Shown here in pieces: positions 38,046 to 48,811 of a stretch of DNA of 64,000 bases (position 1 is its first letter; the number at the start of each line of letters is the position of its first letter). The notes under the pieces are model-generated. The model was not told where the DNA came from, ran no database searches, and was given only the letters and a program-made list of their open reading frames with translations. Made by a program: the position numbers and the translations under genes. Source of the DNA: Candidatus Kapaibacterium sp. (GTDB lineage: Bacteria; Bacteroidota; Ignavibacteria; Kapaibacteriales; UBA2268); the NCBI GenBank assembly GCA_963664875.1, contig OY761611.1:928001-992000 (forward strand). The letters run 5' to 3'.

Positions 38046-40172
38046 CTATTCGTCGTCTTCCTGATCTTTTTTATATTTATCAATGAGTGCAGACTGAACA
38101 TCACCCGGAACAGGTTGGTATTCATCAAATTCGGCACTGAATGTACCTTTAGCTTGAGTCATTGATCTGATTGCTGTAGCGTATTTGTCTAATTCTGCCT
38201 GTGGCATTTTAGCATTTACTACCTGGAATCTACCTTCTGTATCAATACCTAGAATCATACCTCTACGAGAAGGCAAATCACTCATAATATCGCCTACATA
38301 ATCTTCAGGAACTTTGATGGCTACATTGTAGATAGGTTCGAGTATCTTAGGATTAGCGTTCACAAATCCGGATTTGAATGCCTGCGAACCAGCCATTTTA
38401 AATGCAGCTTCATTAGAATCTACCGGGTGCATCTTACCATCATGTACATAAACACGAATATCACGTACATACGAACCAGTAAGAGGACCTATTTCCATTT
38501 TGTCCATAATACCTTTTAGAATAGCAGGCATAAATCTTTGGTCAATTACACCACCTACGATACAATTGACAAATTCGAGCTTGCCACCCCATTTCAAATC
38601 ATGCAACTCTTTGCCGCGAACTGTCAAATCACTTGCATAAGGAGCATTTTCTGCCCATGGCTCGATTCGCATATGTACTTCGGCAAACTGACCTGCACCA
38701 CCGGATTGTTTTTTATGGCGGTAGTCAGAGTTGATAGATTTTTGTATTGTTTCGCGGTAAGGCACTCTTGGTTCGCCGAATTCCGCTTCTACTTTGTAAC
38801 GTTTTTCTAATCTGTATTTAGCTTTTTGAAGGTGTAATTCACCCTGAGCGTGCAAGATAGTCTGACGCAATTCTTGTGAGTGCTCTACTCTGTATGATGG
38901 GTCTTCTGCATTAAGAGAGTGCAATCCCATACCAACTTTTTCTTCTTCGCCTTTTGTTTTAGGATAAATTGCTACGCGTACTTTCGGTCTTGGATAAACA
39001 ACTTTTTTATAAGTTACATCAAGTCCTTTTTCAGCAAATGTATCGTTTACGTGAGCAGTTTTAAGCTTAACTGTGGCAGCAATGTCGCCTGCGTGAACTT
39101 CAGCAACCTCTGTCCTGTCTTTTCCTTGGATAACAAACAGCTGGCCAAATCTTTCAGATTGATTGCGTGTAGTGTTATTCATATCCATAGAAGATTTGAG
39201 AGTGCCGGACATAACTTTGAAATAAGTCATATCACCAAGTCTCGGATCAGAGTATAGCTTATACATAAACAAAGACGTTTTTGCTTTTTCATCATAAGCA
39301 ACTTCTTTGCCTTCTGTAGAAACGGTATTAGGCATATCTACAGGAGAAGGGAAGTTATTTACGATAAAGTTAAGCATAGTAACCATACCGATATTATTTT
39401 TGCTTGAAACAGCGAAAATAGGCATGATAAGTCTGTTAGTTATAGCTTTTTTGAGACCAGTTTTGAACTCATCTTCTGAAATTTGACCTTCTTCGAGGTA
39501 TTTATTCATCAATTCTTCGTCAGTTTCTGCAACTGATTCTAAAAGCTCGCTATATAGCTCGTCAGCTTTATCTTTATGTTCATCAGGAATTTCTGATTCT
39601 GTAACGTTGCCGTCTTTGATTGTAAGCATTTTTTTAGCAAAAACGTCAATCACAGCGTTAAACGAAGGTCCTGTAGTTACAGGGAATTGAGTAGGTTTGA
39701 TACTTTTGCTGTATCTTTCCTGCAATTCAGAAATAATGGTATCAAAATCTATATTTTCTGCATCCAGTTTGTTGATAACAAAAGCAGTAGGTTTTTCTAA
39801 TTCATTAGCATACTGCCAAGAGAAGTCAGATCCGACTTCAGCACCATGAGCAGCATTGATTGTGATAAGTGCTACGTCTGCAGCATAGATAGAAGCGTTC
39901 ACTTCGCCAATATAATCATCAAAACCCGGGTTGTCTATAAGATTGATTTTGGTGTCTTTCCACTCTGCAAAAACAGGTGTGCCGTAAACCGAGTTGCCTT
40001 TTTCGTGTTCTAATTCTCTAAAGTCTGAAACAGTGTTATTGTCTTCAACTTTACCAATACGATTAATCATTCCAGCTTTAAATAAAATACACTCCGTCAA
40101 ACTTGTTTTGCCGGAGCCTGCGTGCCCCACCAAAGCAATGTTCCTGATATTCTTTGATTCATAAACTTTCAT
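38046..40172 (-). CDS. fusA: Elongation factor G paralog (EF-G2-like)
   Basis: GHAGSGKT, DNPG, NKLD, GELHL, YRETI, KKQSGGAGQF, HPVDS, LEP; divergent switch motifs. Confidence 0.88.
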   Translation of the reverse strand: MKVYESKNIRNIALVGHAGSGKTSLTECILFKAGMINRIGKVEDNNTVSDFRELEHEKGNSVYGTPVFAEWKDTKINLIDNPGFDDYIGEVNASIYAADVALITINAAHGAEVGSDFSWQYANELEKPTAFVINKLDAENIDFDTIISELQERYSKSIKPTQFPVTTGPSFNAVIDVFAKKMLTIKDGNVTESEIPDEHKDKADELYSELLESVAETDEELMNKYLEEGQISEDEFKTGLKKAITNRLIMPIFAVSSKNNIGMVTMLNFIVNNFPSPVDMPNTVSTEGKEVAYDEKAKTSLFMYKLYSDPRLGDMTYFKVMSGTLKSSMDMNNTTRNQSERFGQLFVIQGKDRTEVAEVHAGDIAATVKLKTAHVNDTFAEKGLDVTYKKVVYPRPKVRVAIYPKTKGEEEKVGMGLHSLNAEDPSYRVEHSQELRQTILHAQGELHLQKAKYRLEKRYKVEAEFGEPRVPYRETIQKSINSDYRHKKQSGGAGQFAEVHMRIEPWAENAPYASDLTVRGKELHDLKWGGKLEFVNCIVGGVIDQRFMPAILKGIMDKMEIGPLTGSYVRDIRVYVHDGKMHPVDSNEAAFKMAGSQAFKSGFVNANPKILEPIYNVAIKVPEDYVGDIMSDLPSRRGMILGIDTEGRFQVVNAKMPQAELDKYATAIRSMTQAKGTFSAEFDEYQPVPGDVQSALIDKYKKDQEDDE

Positions 40173-40388
40173 TGTTTTTCTCCAATGTTACGCTATATGT
40201 AGATAAATTCATTTGTTTAACTGAATCTTGATTTTTGAAGCCTTAAGTTATACAATTTTTTTCAAATAATAAAAATATTTTTGCGTTAAAATACATTTAC
40301 CCCTTTTTGCTTATATTTGCCTGTAAAGTTAATACACAATCTAACGGATGAAGTGATGCAAGGTTTGGACCTGAGAAATATTTTAAAA

Positions 40389-41627
40389 ATGGAAAAAGTT
40401 GTATTGAGCAATGGACTTAAGCTCGTATTAGTCAAAAAAAATATCCCTACTGTCAGCTTGGCACTTTCGTACAAAGTTGGCTCAAAAAACGAATCAAATG
40501 GTACAAGAGGTTTTGCTCATCTTTTTGAGCACATGATGTTCGAAGGCTCGAAAAATGTCCCTCACGGCAAATTCGATGAGTACTGCTCTATAGCCGGCGG
40601 CACTAATAACGCATATACGACATACGACTGGACTTCATACACTATGACAGTTCCTTCTCACCAGTTGGAACTTGCTTTGTGGTTGGAATCTGATAGATTG
40701 TTTAATTTTGAAGTTAGCGAAGACGCCTTGGAAACACAGAAAAATGTAGTAACAGAAGAAATAAGACAGGTCGTCGAAAATTCTCCTTACGGCAGATGGC
40801 GAGAGTTGTTATCAGAAAACGCTTACCCGGCAAAATCAGGTTATTCATGGGAAGTCCACGGCACTATAGAGGACGTTCAGGCTGCCGATTTGCAAAAAGC
40901 AAATGACTTTCACAGCAAATATTATCGTCCGGATAATGCAGTACTGGTATTAGTTGGAGACGTAGATAATACATCGATTGAACTAGTAAAAAAATATTTT
41001 GACAAACCTTTACCGGAGAACCTGCCCTTTCTTGATAAATCTAATTCAGAAAAAGCAATAATCGGTAATAAAAAGGCAGAATACTACGACAATGTCCCTC
41101 ACCCTGCTGTTTTTCTTAACTATCACCTTGAAGGATTTGCCTCAGATGATGTGCTGAGAGCAGACTTATTGGCAAACATTCTGGGGACAGGCAAAAGCTC
41201 GAGATTATTTGAAGGCTTGGTTTACGAAGATCAAATTGCCTCATCTGTCGGAGCTTATGTCGATAAAAGAGAAATTTCCTCTCTGCTCACTTTATATGCT
41301 ATTGGCAGTGAAAAGAATATACAGGCTGACGATTTGAGCTCTTTAATGAAAGATGAGCTGAAGCACTTACTTTTAGAAGGAATAAATGAAGAAGAATTGC
41401 AGAAAGCAAAGAATCAGATTATTTCTTCAATCGCATACGAAATTCAATATTCTTATGGAATTGCGGATGTAATTTCTTCTAATGTTTTGTTTTTTGAAGA
41501 TGACTCGAAGTTGCTACAAATCTTGGAAAAATATAATTCCATAAATGCAAAAGAGCTTATAGAATTCGGAGAAAAGCTGTTTGATTTTGAAAATTGTGTA
41601 CGAATTGACGTGCTACCCAAATTTTAG
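40389..41627 (+). CDS. M16 family zinc peptidase
   Basis: VGS, GFAHLFEHMMF (HxxEH), NAYT, YYRPDNA; start uncertain (40356 or 40389). Confidence 0.9.
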   Translation: MEKVVLSNGLKLVLVKKNIPTVSLALSYKVGSKNESNGTRGFAHLFEHMMFEGSKNVPHGKFDEYCSIAGGTNNAYTTYDWTSYTMTVPSHQLELALWLESDRLFNFEVSEDALETQKNVVTEEIRQVVENSPYGRWRELLSENAYPAKSGYSWEVHGTIEDVQAADLQKANDFHSKYYRPDNAVLVLVGDVDNTSIELVKKYFDKPLPENLPFLDKSNSEKAIIGNKKAEYYDNVPHPAVFLNYHLEGFASDDVLRADLLANILGTGKSSRLFEGLVYEDQIASSVGAYVDKREISSLLTLYAIGSEKNIQADDLSSLMKDELKHLLLEGINEEELQKAKNQIISSIAYEIQYSYGIADVISSNVLFFEDDSKLLQILEKYNSINAKELIEFGEKLFDFENCVRIDVLPKF

Positions 41628-41732
41628 TGAACCTTTTGGATTTTTATGTGTAGCTACGTATTGAATTAATAGAGTTTTATAAGAAGTTTTCTTAGCTTTG
41701 TAGTTTGTTATTAATTTCAGTACGCTAAAAAT

Positions 41733-43103
41733 ATGTTTTCAACAGTCAAAAATATTCACTTCGTAGGGATAGGCGGCATCGGCATGAGCGGAATAGCCGA
41801 AATCCTAATAAATCAGGGCTTCTTAGTTTCAGGCTCTGACATGAACAAATCAGACAATACTGATTATTTAGCTAAACTTGGTGCCAAAATATTTATTGGT
41901 CACTACCCGGAAAATATCAAAGATGCAGAAGTTGTAGTTTATTCAAGTGCTGTCAAAGTTAATGACAACCCTGAAACTAAAGCTGCATTTGAAAGAAAGA
42001 TACCTGTCATTCGCAGAGCTGAGATGCTGGCTGAAGTTTCAAGGCTTAATTATAATATCTCGATTGCAGGCACTCATGGGAAAACCACTACCACTTCAAT
42101 GATTGGTCTTATACTAATGGAGGCAGGCATTGATCCGACTGTAATAGTCGGTGGCAGGCTTAAAGACCTTGGAGGCACTAACGCAAGACTTGGACACGGC
42201 AAATGGACTGTGCTTGAAGCTGACGAATATGATCGCTCATTTTTGCAGCTCTCTCCTACTCTAGCAATAGTCAACAATATGGAACTTGAACATCTGGATA
42301 TATATACAGATTTTGACGATTTGAAATCCACTTTTGCAGAATTCGCAAATAAAGTACCGTTTTACGGGAAAATCTGTTTGGGTTTAGATGACTCCGGAGT
42401 CAGAGATCTGCTACCACTCCTCAATAAACGCTTTGTTACCTTCGGGCTTTCTAAACATAGCGACATCCGAGCAACTAACATAAGACACTCAGGTAGGAGC
42501 TCTACTTTTACTGTATTCGAGCATGGCAAAGAGCTCGGAGATGCAACCATAAATATCCCGGGCGAACACAACGTTAAAAATGCACTTGCTGCTATTACTG
42601 CTGCAAGAGAGCTAAATATTGATTTCGAAATTATCTGTAAAGCTCTGAAGCAATTCAATGGTGTTTTTAGAAGATTCGAAATCAAAGGTGAGAAAAATGG
42701 AATTACCATTATTGATGATTATGCTCATCACCCTTCTGAAGTTTCTGCAACCTTAAAAGCTGCACGTGATGCTTGGAACCGGCGAGTAGTCTGCATTTTT
42801 CAGCCACATACTTATACCAGAACACAAGCTCTTGCTTCAGATTTCGGAAAGTCATTTGATGACGCTGATTTGCTGATTGTTACCGACGTTTACGCTGCTC
42901 GCGAAAATCCAATAGAAGGTATAAGCGGCAAAACAATTTCTGACGCAGCATTTGACTCTGGACACAAAAATGTACATTATATGCCCGAGTTTGACACTCT
43001 TTTTCAAAATGTCAAACCATTGCTTCAAGAAGGAGACATAGTTCTTACTGTTGGAGCAGGCAGTATTTGGAAAATTGCTGATCTTTTATATTCAAACTTG
43101 TAA
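41733..43103 (+). CDS. murC: UDP-N-acetylmuramate--L-alanine ligase
   Basis: HFVGIGGIGMSG, GTHGKTTTT, EADE, DDYAHHP, FQPH. Confidence 0.96.
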   Translation: MFSTVKNIHFVGIGGIGMSGIAEILINQGFLVSGSDMNKSDNTDYLAKLGAKIFIGHYPENIKDAEVVVYSSAVKVNDNPETKAAFERKIPVIRRAEMLAEVSRLNYNISIAGTHGKTTTTSMIGLILMEAGIDPTVIVGGRLKDLGGTNARLGHGKWTVLEADEYDRSFLQLSPTLAIVNNMELEHLDIYTDFDDLKSTFAEFANKVPFYGKICLGLDDSGVRDLLPLLNKRFVTFGLSKHSDIRATNIRHSGRSSTFTVFEHGKELGDATINIPGEHNVKNALAAITAARELNIDFEIICKALKQFNGVFRRFEIKGEKNGITIIDDYAHHPSEVSATLKAARDAWNRRVVCIFQPHTYTRTQALASDFGKSFDDADLLIVTDVYAARENPIEGISGKTISDAAFDSGHKNVHYMPEFDTLFQNVKPLLQEGDIVLTVGAGSIWKIADLLYSNL

Positions 43104-43136
43104 ATCGAAAATATTAACTAATTCGGAGTAGTCGAA

Positions 43137-45197
43137 ATGAACTTTAAATCAAGTATCCTAAGTGTAATAGCATTTTTAGTATTAGGCGCTTCAGTTTGTT
43201 TTGCAGGATCATCAGATAAAGTATTAGCTACTGTCGGCAACGAAAAAATCACATTAGGTGAGTTGCAAAAAGCTTATATGAAAAATATAAACAGACAAAG
43301 CGACGACATCACGACTTTACCCAAGGATTCTTTGAATGAATTTTTGGAACTATACATCAATTACAAGTTGAAAATTTTAGATGCTATAGACAGAGGATAC
43401 GACAAAAACGAATCTGTGATTGACGAAATAGCTCAAAACAGAAGAGTTATAGCCCAATCCTTTTACTACGACAAACACCTAACTCAAAAATATATTGATG
43501 AAATGCTTCCTCGCAGAAAAGAGGAATATAAAATAGCTATTGTAGTTGTTACCAAACCTATGGTAGAAACAGAAGAAGTTACTAAAGAATCAAAAAGAAA
43601 ACTTGCAGAAGAAGCACTCTCGGCGATAAAAGCCGGAACTGATTTTGCTGCGGTCGCGGAAAAATACTCTGAAGACACTCATAACGCAGGAAAAGGCGGA
43701 GTGCTTCCTAATTACCTAACTGCAGGAAAGATACAAAAACCAATTGAAGATGCAGTATATGTTACAAAAGTCGGCGATGTTTATCCTCAACTGGTCGAAA
43801 CAGAATATGGCTATTTTATTATTAAAGTACTCGATAAGAAAAAAAGAGAATTCGTAAAAGCAGCTCATATCCTATTCAAAAATCCGCCTGCGAAAGGCAT
43901 AACTGATGAAGAAAAAGACAGCCTGAAAAAAGAACAACTGAAAAAAGCGAACGAAGTTTTGGCTAAAATCAAAAAAGGCGAAAAGTTTGAACGTTTAGCA
44001 GAGTTATACTCAGAAGATGCACTTTCTGCTCCAAACGGCGGTTCGTTAAAACAATTTTACTCTCGCTCGACCGGCTTCGAAGAAACAGGGAGAGCACTGC
44101 TTCCGGAGTTCGAAGAAGCTATGTTCAAGCTAAAAGACGGAGAAATTTCAGGATTGGTAGAAACTGATTATGGTATCCATATCGTTAAAAGAGAAGCATC
44201 GAAACAAATCGATGAAAACGAAGACAGGGAGATACTAAAAAAATTCTACAAAAAGCATTTCTATAACGATGATAAAAATGATTTAGACCACAAATTGATG
44301 CAAAAGCACAAACTGATGGTTTACAAAGCAGTAATAGAAAATGTACTTTCATATACAGAGCAAGGTAAAACTACTTTGACAAAGGACTGGGAATCTAAAA
44401 TTCCTGAGAACCTGAAACAAGCAACAATGTATTCTCTTTACGGTAAAGATTACAAAGTATCTGATTTCATAACTGAAGTAAATACAAACCCTCAGTACAA
44501 AGGTACTTCTTTCGATTATAATGCATTTATAAAAGTTATCGAAAAGATGCACTACAACGAAGTTTTTGACAAAGAAACTGAAAATATTGAAAAAGAAGAA
44601 CCAGAGTTTGCGGCTTCATTTAAAGAGTACAAAAACGGAATACTCCTATTCAAAGTACAAGAAGAAGAAGTATGGAACAAAATGAAATTTGATTCCACTC
44701 AGGCAAAAATTTACTGGGAAAAACGTAAAAATGAATTCCTTACAGATACTCTCTACGAAGTAAGCGAAATTTATATAATCGGCTCAGATTCAGTAGCTAT
44801 GAGCATTTACAACACACTAACACCTGACAACTTCAAAAAAATTGCTTCTGAAAAAACTGAACGTCAGGGCATGAGAGAAAAAGAAGGCTTTGTGGGAGTA
44901 GTCTCTGCAAAAAACAGTTTGCTGATAAGAAACCTTTTAGCTTCTGAAACGTTTGTCAAAGAAGGAATTATTACTAAGCCTTTCAGACATGAAGCCGGAA
45001 AGAGTATAGTATATGTTCAAAGAATTGTACTGCCGAGAATTAAAACATTTGAAGAAGCAATACCAAATTTCTCATCTGATTACCAAGAAGAAGTACAGCA
45101 AAAACTTCTGGATACTTGGATTGAAAAATTGAGAAAAAAATACGATATTTCGGTTTCCGATTCTGCAATTAATGAAATACTTAAAAAATCAAAATAA
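43137..45197 (+). CDS. Periplasmic parvulin-type peptidyl-prolyl isomerase (multi-domain)
   Basis: Signal peptide; FAAVAEKYSED, AAHIL, PEFEEA, ETDYGIHIVK. Confidence 0.85.
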   Translation: MNFKSSILSVIAFLVLGASVCFAGSSDKVLATVGNEKITLGELQKAYMKNINRQSDDITTLPKDSLNEFLELYINYKLKILDAIDRGYDKNESVIDEIAQNRRVIAQSFYYDKHLTQKYIDEMLPRRKEEYKIAIVVVTKPMVETEEVTKESKRKLAEEALSAIKAGTDFAAVAEKYSEDTHNAGKGGVLPNYLTAGKIQKPIEDAVYVTKVGDVYPQLVETEYGYFIIKVLDKKKREFVKAAHILFKNPPAKGITDEEKDSLKKEQLKKANEVLAKIKKGEKFERLAELYSEDALSAPNGGSLKQFYSRSTGFEETGRALLPEFEEAMFKLKDGEISGLVETDYGIHIVKREASKQIDENEDREILKKFYKKHFYNDDKNDLDHKLMQKHKLMVYKAVIENVLSYTEQGKTTLTKDWESKIPENLKQATMYSLYGKDYKVSDFITEVNTNPQYKGTSFDYNAFIKVIEKMHYNEVFDKETENIEKEEPEFAASFKEYKNGILLFKVQEEEVWNKMKFDSTQAKIYWEKRKNEFLTDTLYEVSEIYIIGSDSVAMSIYNTLTPDNFKKIASEKTERQGMREKEGFVGVVSAKNSLLIRNLLASETFVKEGIITKPFRHEAGKSIVYVQRIVLPRIKTFEEAIPNFSSDYQEEVQQKLLDTWIEKLRKKYDISVSDSAINEILKKSK

Positions 45198-45207
45198 CGG
45201 ATTTGAA

Positions 45208-46509
45208 ATGGCAAATTACTGCAAAAGTTTATTAGTACTTTTTGTACTGTTAGTATCTGTTTCTTCTGCACAGGTTCAATCCCCCGAAGAAGGTGATATG
45301 CTCGACAAAATCGTTGCTGTTGTTGGCAATGAAGTTATCATGCAGTCAGAAGTAAAAACTCAGATACTTATGATGGCTCAGCAAAACCCTTCTATTGATT
45401 TGGAAGACAAAAAGCTTTATGACATGATACTTGACGAGCTAATAGCACAAAAACTTCTAATAACTAAAGCAATTGAAGATTCAGTTGTAGTTACTGATGA
45501 TGAAGTAGAACAGAGATGGGAATATTTTCTACAATCTGTGATAGCGCAATACGGCTCAGAAAAAAGAGTCGAGCAGGTTTATCAAATGTCTATTGGTAGT
45601 ATAAAAAATGATTATTCAGAGCAAATCCGCAAAAGTTTGTTAGCTCAGAAACTCAGCCAACAGAAGTTTATGGATGTAAAGGTAACTCCGAGAGAAGTTG
45701 AAGAGTTTTATAATAGTTTTAAAGACTCTTTGCCGGAAGTACCTACCAAAATAGAAGTAAGCCACATTGTAAAAAACGTTACCGCAAGTAACTCTGCAAA
45801 AGAAGATGCACTGCAATTTGCAAAAGCAATAAGAGACTCTATTCTTTCCGGTGAAGTTACATTTGAAGATATGGCGAAAAGGCACAGTGATGACCCGGGA
45901 ACAAGAGAAGAAGGTGGTGATTTGGGCTGGTTTGATAAAGGGAAACTCGTTCCTGAATTCGAAAAAGCTGCTTTCCAGCTTCAGGAAGGTCAGGTTTCGT
46001 TACCTGTGGAAACTCCTTTCGGATATCACCTAATTCAGACAATTGAGAAAAAGTCAGATGCAATAAATACACGCCATATTTTGATTAAGCTTGACGAATC
46101 CACTGATGATCGCGATGCAACAATCAAGTTTTTGCAAAACCTTAAGGCTGAAATTGTAGCAGGTAAGAATTTTGCGGATATGGCAAAACAGTTTTCGGAT
46201 GATAAAGATACTCGCGGATTTGGTGGTCTAATTGGTGCAATTAGCATTGAAGATTTACCTCCAAACTTATCTTCAACCATAAACAATATGAAAGTAGGCG
46301 AGATTTCCGAGCCGGCTCCGTATGTAGCGGACCCTTCGAAACAAGCTTATCATATTGTTCTGAAAAAATCTGTAATAGATGCTCATAAGCCAAATTTGGA
46401 ACAAGATTTCAAAGAACTCGAACAAAGAGCAAAAATCAAAAAGCAGATGGAGATGCAGGCTAAATGGTTGGAAGAATTGAAAAAAGAGATTTATTGGGAA
46501 AAGAAATAG
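45208..46509 (+). CDS. surA: SurA-like periplasmic chaperone/PPIase
   Basis: DKIVAVVGNEVI, two parvulin domains (GGDLGW, VPEFE, GYHLI); start placed at MANYC. Confidence 0.8.
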   Translation: MANYCKSLLVLFVLLVSVSSAQVQSPEEGDMLDKIVAVVGNEVIMQSEVKTQILMMAQQNPSIDLEDKKLYDMILDELIAQKLLITKAIEDSVVVTDDEVEQRWEYFLQSVIAQYGSEKRVEQVYQMSIGSIKNDYSEQIRKSLLAQKLSQQKFMDVKVTPREVEEFYNSFKDSLPEVPTKIEVSHIVKNVTASNSAKEDALQFAKAIRDSILSGEVTFEDMAKRHSDDPGTREEGGDLGWFDKGKLVPEFEKAAFQLQEGQVSLPVETPFGYHLIQTIEKKSDAINTRHILIKLDESTDDRDATIKFLQNLKAEIVAGKNFADMAKQFSDDKDTRGFGGLIGAISIEDLPPNLSSTINNMKVGEISEPAPYVADPSKQAYHIVLKKSVIDAHKPNLEQDFKELEQRAKIKKQMEMQAKWLEELKKEIYWEKK

Positions 46510-46526
46510 ATTATATCTCGAAACTG

Positions 46527-46559
46527 AAGCCCTACATCTATAAAATGTAGGGCTTTTTT
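46527..46559 (+). terminator. Intrinsic terminator
   Basis: AAGCCCTACAT-ctataaa-ATGTAGGGCTT followed by tttt. Confidence 0.85.
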
Positions 46560-46720
46560 ATTGCTAAAGAATCCGGCATATCAATACTATTTTTGATAAT
46601 TTATTCATCCATATTCCCGCCACTATCTTTAGATACAGATAAATAATTTTTAGTTTATTTCGCTAACAAAAAACATACAATCAAATCGAAATCATTATAA
46701 CAAGATTATTTCAAGATATT

Positions 46721-46770
46721 TTAACACAACATTTTCTATATTTTGACTAATAGCAAACACTTCCTTAACA
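46721..46770 (+). promoter_or_regulatory. Candidate Pho-box-like hexamers on an 11-bp register
   Basis: TTAACA 46721, TTGACT 46743, CAAACA 46754, TTAACA 46765, upstream of the PhoX-like gene. Confidence 0.4.
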
Positions 46771-46847
46771 CTATTTCAGAATTGCACCGTCAAATAGTTT
46801 GGTTCAACTAATCATTTTATTATTTTTAATCCTAATACAGGTGCAAT

Positions 46848-48695
46848 ATGAAAAAATATCTTCTGCTAATGGTAGTACTGTTGAGTTCGATGGGAACTGC
46901 CGCACAATCTCAGACTTTTGACCCTTCTATTCCTGCTGATTGGAATTCTACTTGGATTTCCGAGCAGGTTGTGATGCCTTCTTCCCCACTATACTATCAG
47001 GTACTATTTGTGGGCGGACACGACGAAGTGCAAACCGTCGATAGTGAAGGCAAACCAAATGGAACTGCTTTAGCAAAACAATGGCATGATTTCATTGGTT
47101 TCACTCCCGACAACAATTCTTCTGATTTGGGCTGGATTACAATCAATCATGAAATGGTATCATCTGATGATAAAATCGGTGATGGTGGCGGAATGACAGC
47201 CTTCAAAGTAAGAAGAGACCCGAACAATGATACTCTTATCATCATAAATCAGACTTTGGAAGACGGTAGAAAAGGAAAATTTTTCAACATAGACTTTGTT
47301 AATACTGTTGGCGAAACAGGTATGAATTGTGGTGGAATAAGCTCAATTATAGATGGCAGAATCTGGACGGCTGAAGAATGGTGGAGAGGATCTAACGCAA
47401 ACCTCTTCGAAAATGGTACTGGACTCAGAGACACATCAGATTGGACAATTAAATCTGATATCAATGGTGATTTTAATGGTCAGCAAATCAAACGATTTGA
47501 AAATTTCAACTATATGGTTGAAGTGGATCCAAGAACAGCTAAGGCTGTAAGAAAACAATACAACTGGGGGCGTCAGCCATTCGAAGGTGGTACTATTTTG
47601 GCTGATAATCGAACTGTTATCCTTGGTGCAGATGAAACTCCGGCACTTTTAACAAAGTTTGTAGCAGATACACCAGGCGATTTTACAAAAGGTAAAACAT
47701 ACGTCTTCAAACAAAATCCAAACTCCTACAAAGGAGAATGGATGGAAATTGACAATACTAAATTAGACAATATGCTTAATATCCAAACCCTTGCATTCCA
47801 AAATGGAGCAACTGCTTTTAACAGATTAGAATGGGTAACTTTCGATAAAAACTCAGGTATGGTCTATTTGACAGAGACAGGTAGAGACAATCCGGGCTCA
47901 AGATTGAAAAAGGGTGTAGATCTTGGCGGTGCTGTTGCATATCACCATATAGAAAGAGCTGAGGAGCAGGGCACTGATGCACTTAATTCTGCATATTGGG
48001 ATTATTACGGAAGAGTTTTGGTACTTAACCCTCAGACAAACGAAGTTAAGCCTTTCCTCGAAGGTGGTCCATTTTATGCAGGTATGGATGCTGAAGAACC
48101 AAAATACGAACCATACCCTGAAAAACATTTGTCAAACCCTGATGGTTTGCACATCATGGAAATAAATGGTGATTCTTACATGGTGATATGTGAAGATTTG
48201 AATGGTACTTCATTTGGCAGAGTTCAAATTGGTGTAGCAAACAGCACTTGCGAGCTCTGGATGTTGGATCTTCAAAAAGAAGCAAAAATTGAGAATTTAG
48301 TTCGTATCGGGGTGATGCCATTAGGTGCAGAAGTAACAGGTGTTAATTCTACTCCTGACGGCAAAACTCTTTTGGTTGATTGCCAGCACCCATTACCGAC
48401 AAATCCTTTCCCATATAATAACTCTTTGACTTATGCAATCACCGGATGGGACAAAGCAATTACTTCAGTTATGGAAGGAAAAGTTAATTTCGGAAATGAT
48501 TTCAAAATTTGGCCAAATCCTGCTACAAGAGAATTACATTTCCAAAACAATACAGATGCTGCAATTTACGACATCAACGGAAATAGAGTAAAAGTAATTA
48601 GAAATGCCTCTGTGGTTGATGTACGCGATTTGTCAGCAGGCACATATTTTGTCAGAACAGCAGACAATAAAGGTCAAAAACTTATTATTCAATAA
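46848..48695 (+). CDS. phoX: PhoX-family (DUF839) alkaline phosphatase with T9SS type-A C-terminal domain
   Basis: Signal peptide; NHE, NCGG, TAEE, GRQPFEG, RLEW, NPDG, ICED, AEVTG, QHP; C-terminal IWPNPA...LSAGTYFV...KLIIQ. Confidence 0.85.
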   Translation: MKKYLLLMVVLLSSMGTAAQSQTFDPSIPADWNSTWISEQVVMPSSPLYYQVLFVGGHDEVQTVDSEGKPNGTALAKQWHDFIGFTPDNNSSDLGWITINHEMVSSDDKIGDGGGMTAFKVRRDPNNDTLIIINQTLEDGRKGKFFNIDFVNTVGETGMNCGGISSIIDGRIWTAEEWWRGSNANLFENGTGLRDTSDWTIKSDINGDFNGQQIKRFENFNYMVEVDPRTAKAVRKQYNWGRQPFEGGTILADNRTVILGADETPALLTKFVADTPGDFTKGKTYVFKQNPNSYKGEWMEIDNTKLDNMLNIQTLAFQNGATAFNRLEWVTFDKNSGMVYLTETGRDNPGSRLKKGVDLGGAVAYHHIERAEEQGTDALNSAYWDYYGRVLVLNPQTNEVKPFLEGGPFYAGMDAEEPKYEPYPEKHLSNPDGLHIMEINGDSYMVICEDLNGTSFGRVQIGVANSTCELWMLDLQKEAKIENLVRIGVMPLGAEVTGVNSTPDGKTLLVDCQHPLPTNPFPYNNSLTYAITGWDKAITSVMEGKVNFGNDFKIWPNPATRELHFQNNTDAAIYDINGNRVKVIRNASVVDVRDLSAGTYFVRTADNKGQKLIIQ

Positions 48696-48721
48696 AATAA
48701 GTAATACAGTAATATATCCTG

Positions 48722-48758
48722 AAAAACGGCGGTGATTTCTCAAAAGCCGTCGTTTTTT
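48722..48758 (+). terminator. Hairpin/terminator between phoX and the diheme gene
   Basis: AAAAACGGCGG...CCGTCGTTTTTT. Confidence 0.7.
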
Positions 48759-48811
48759 GTTTATCTGATTTGATTTTTAAAATTATTATAAACAAACAAC
48801 AACTATTAGAT

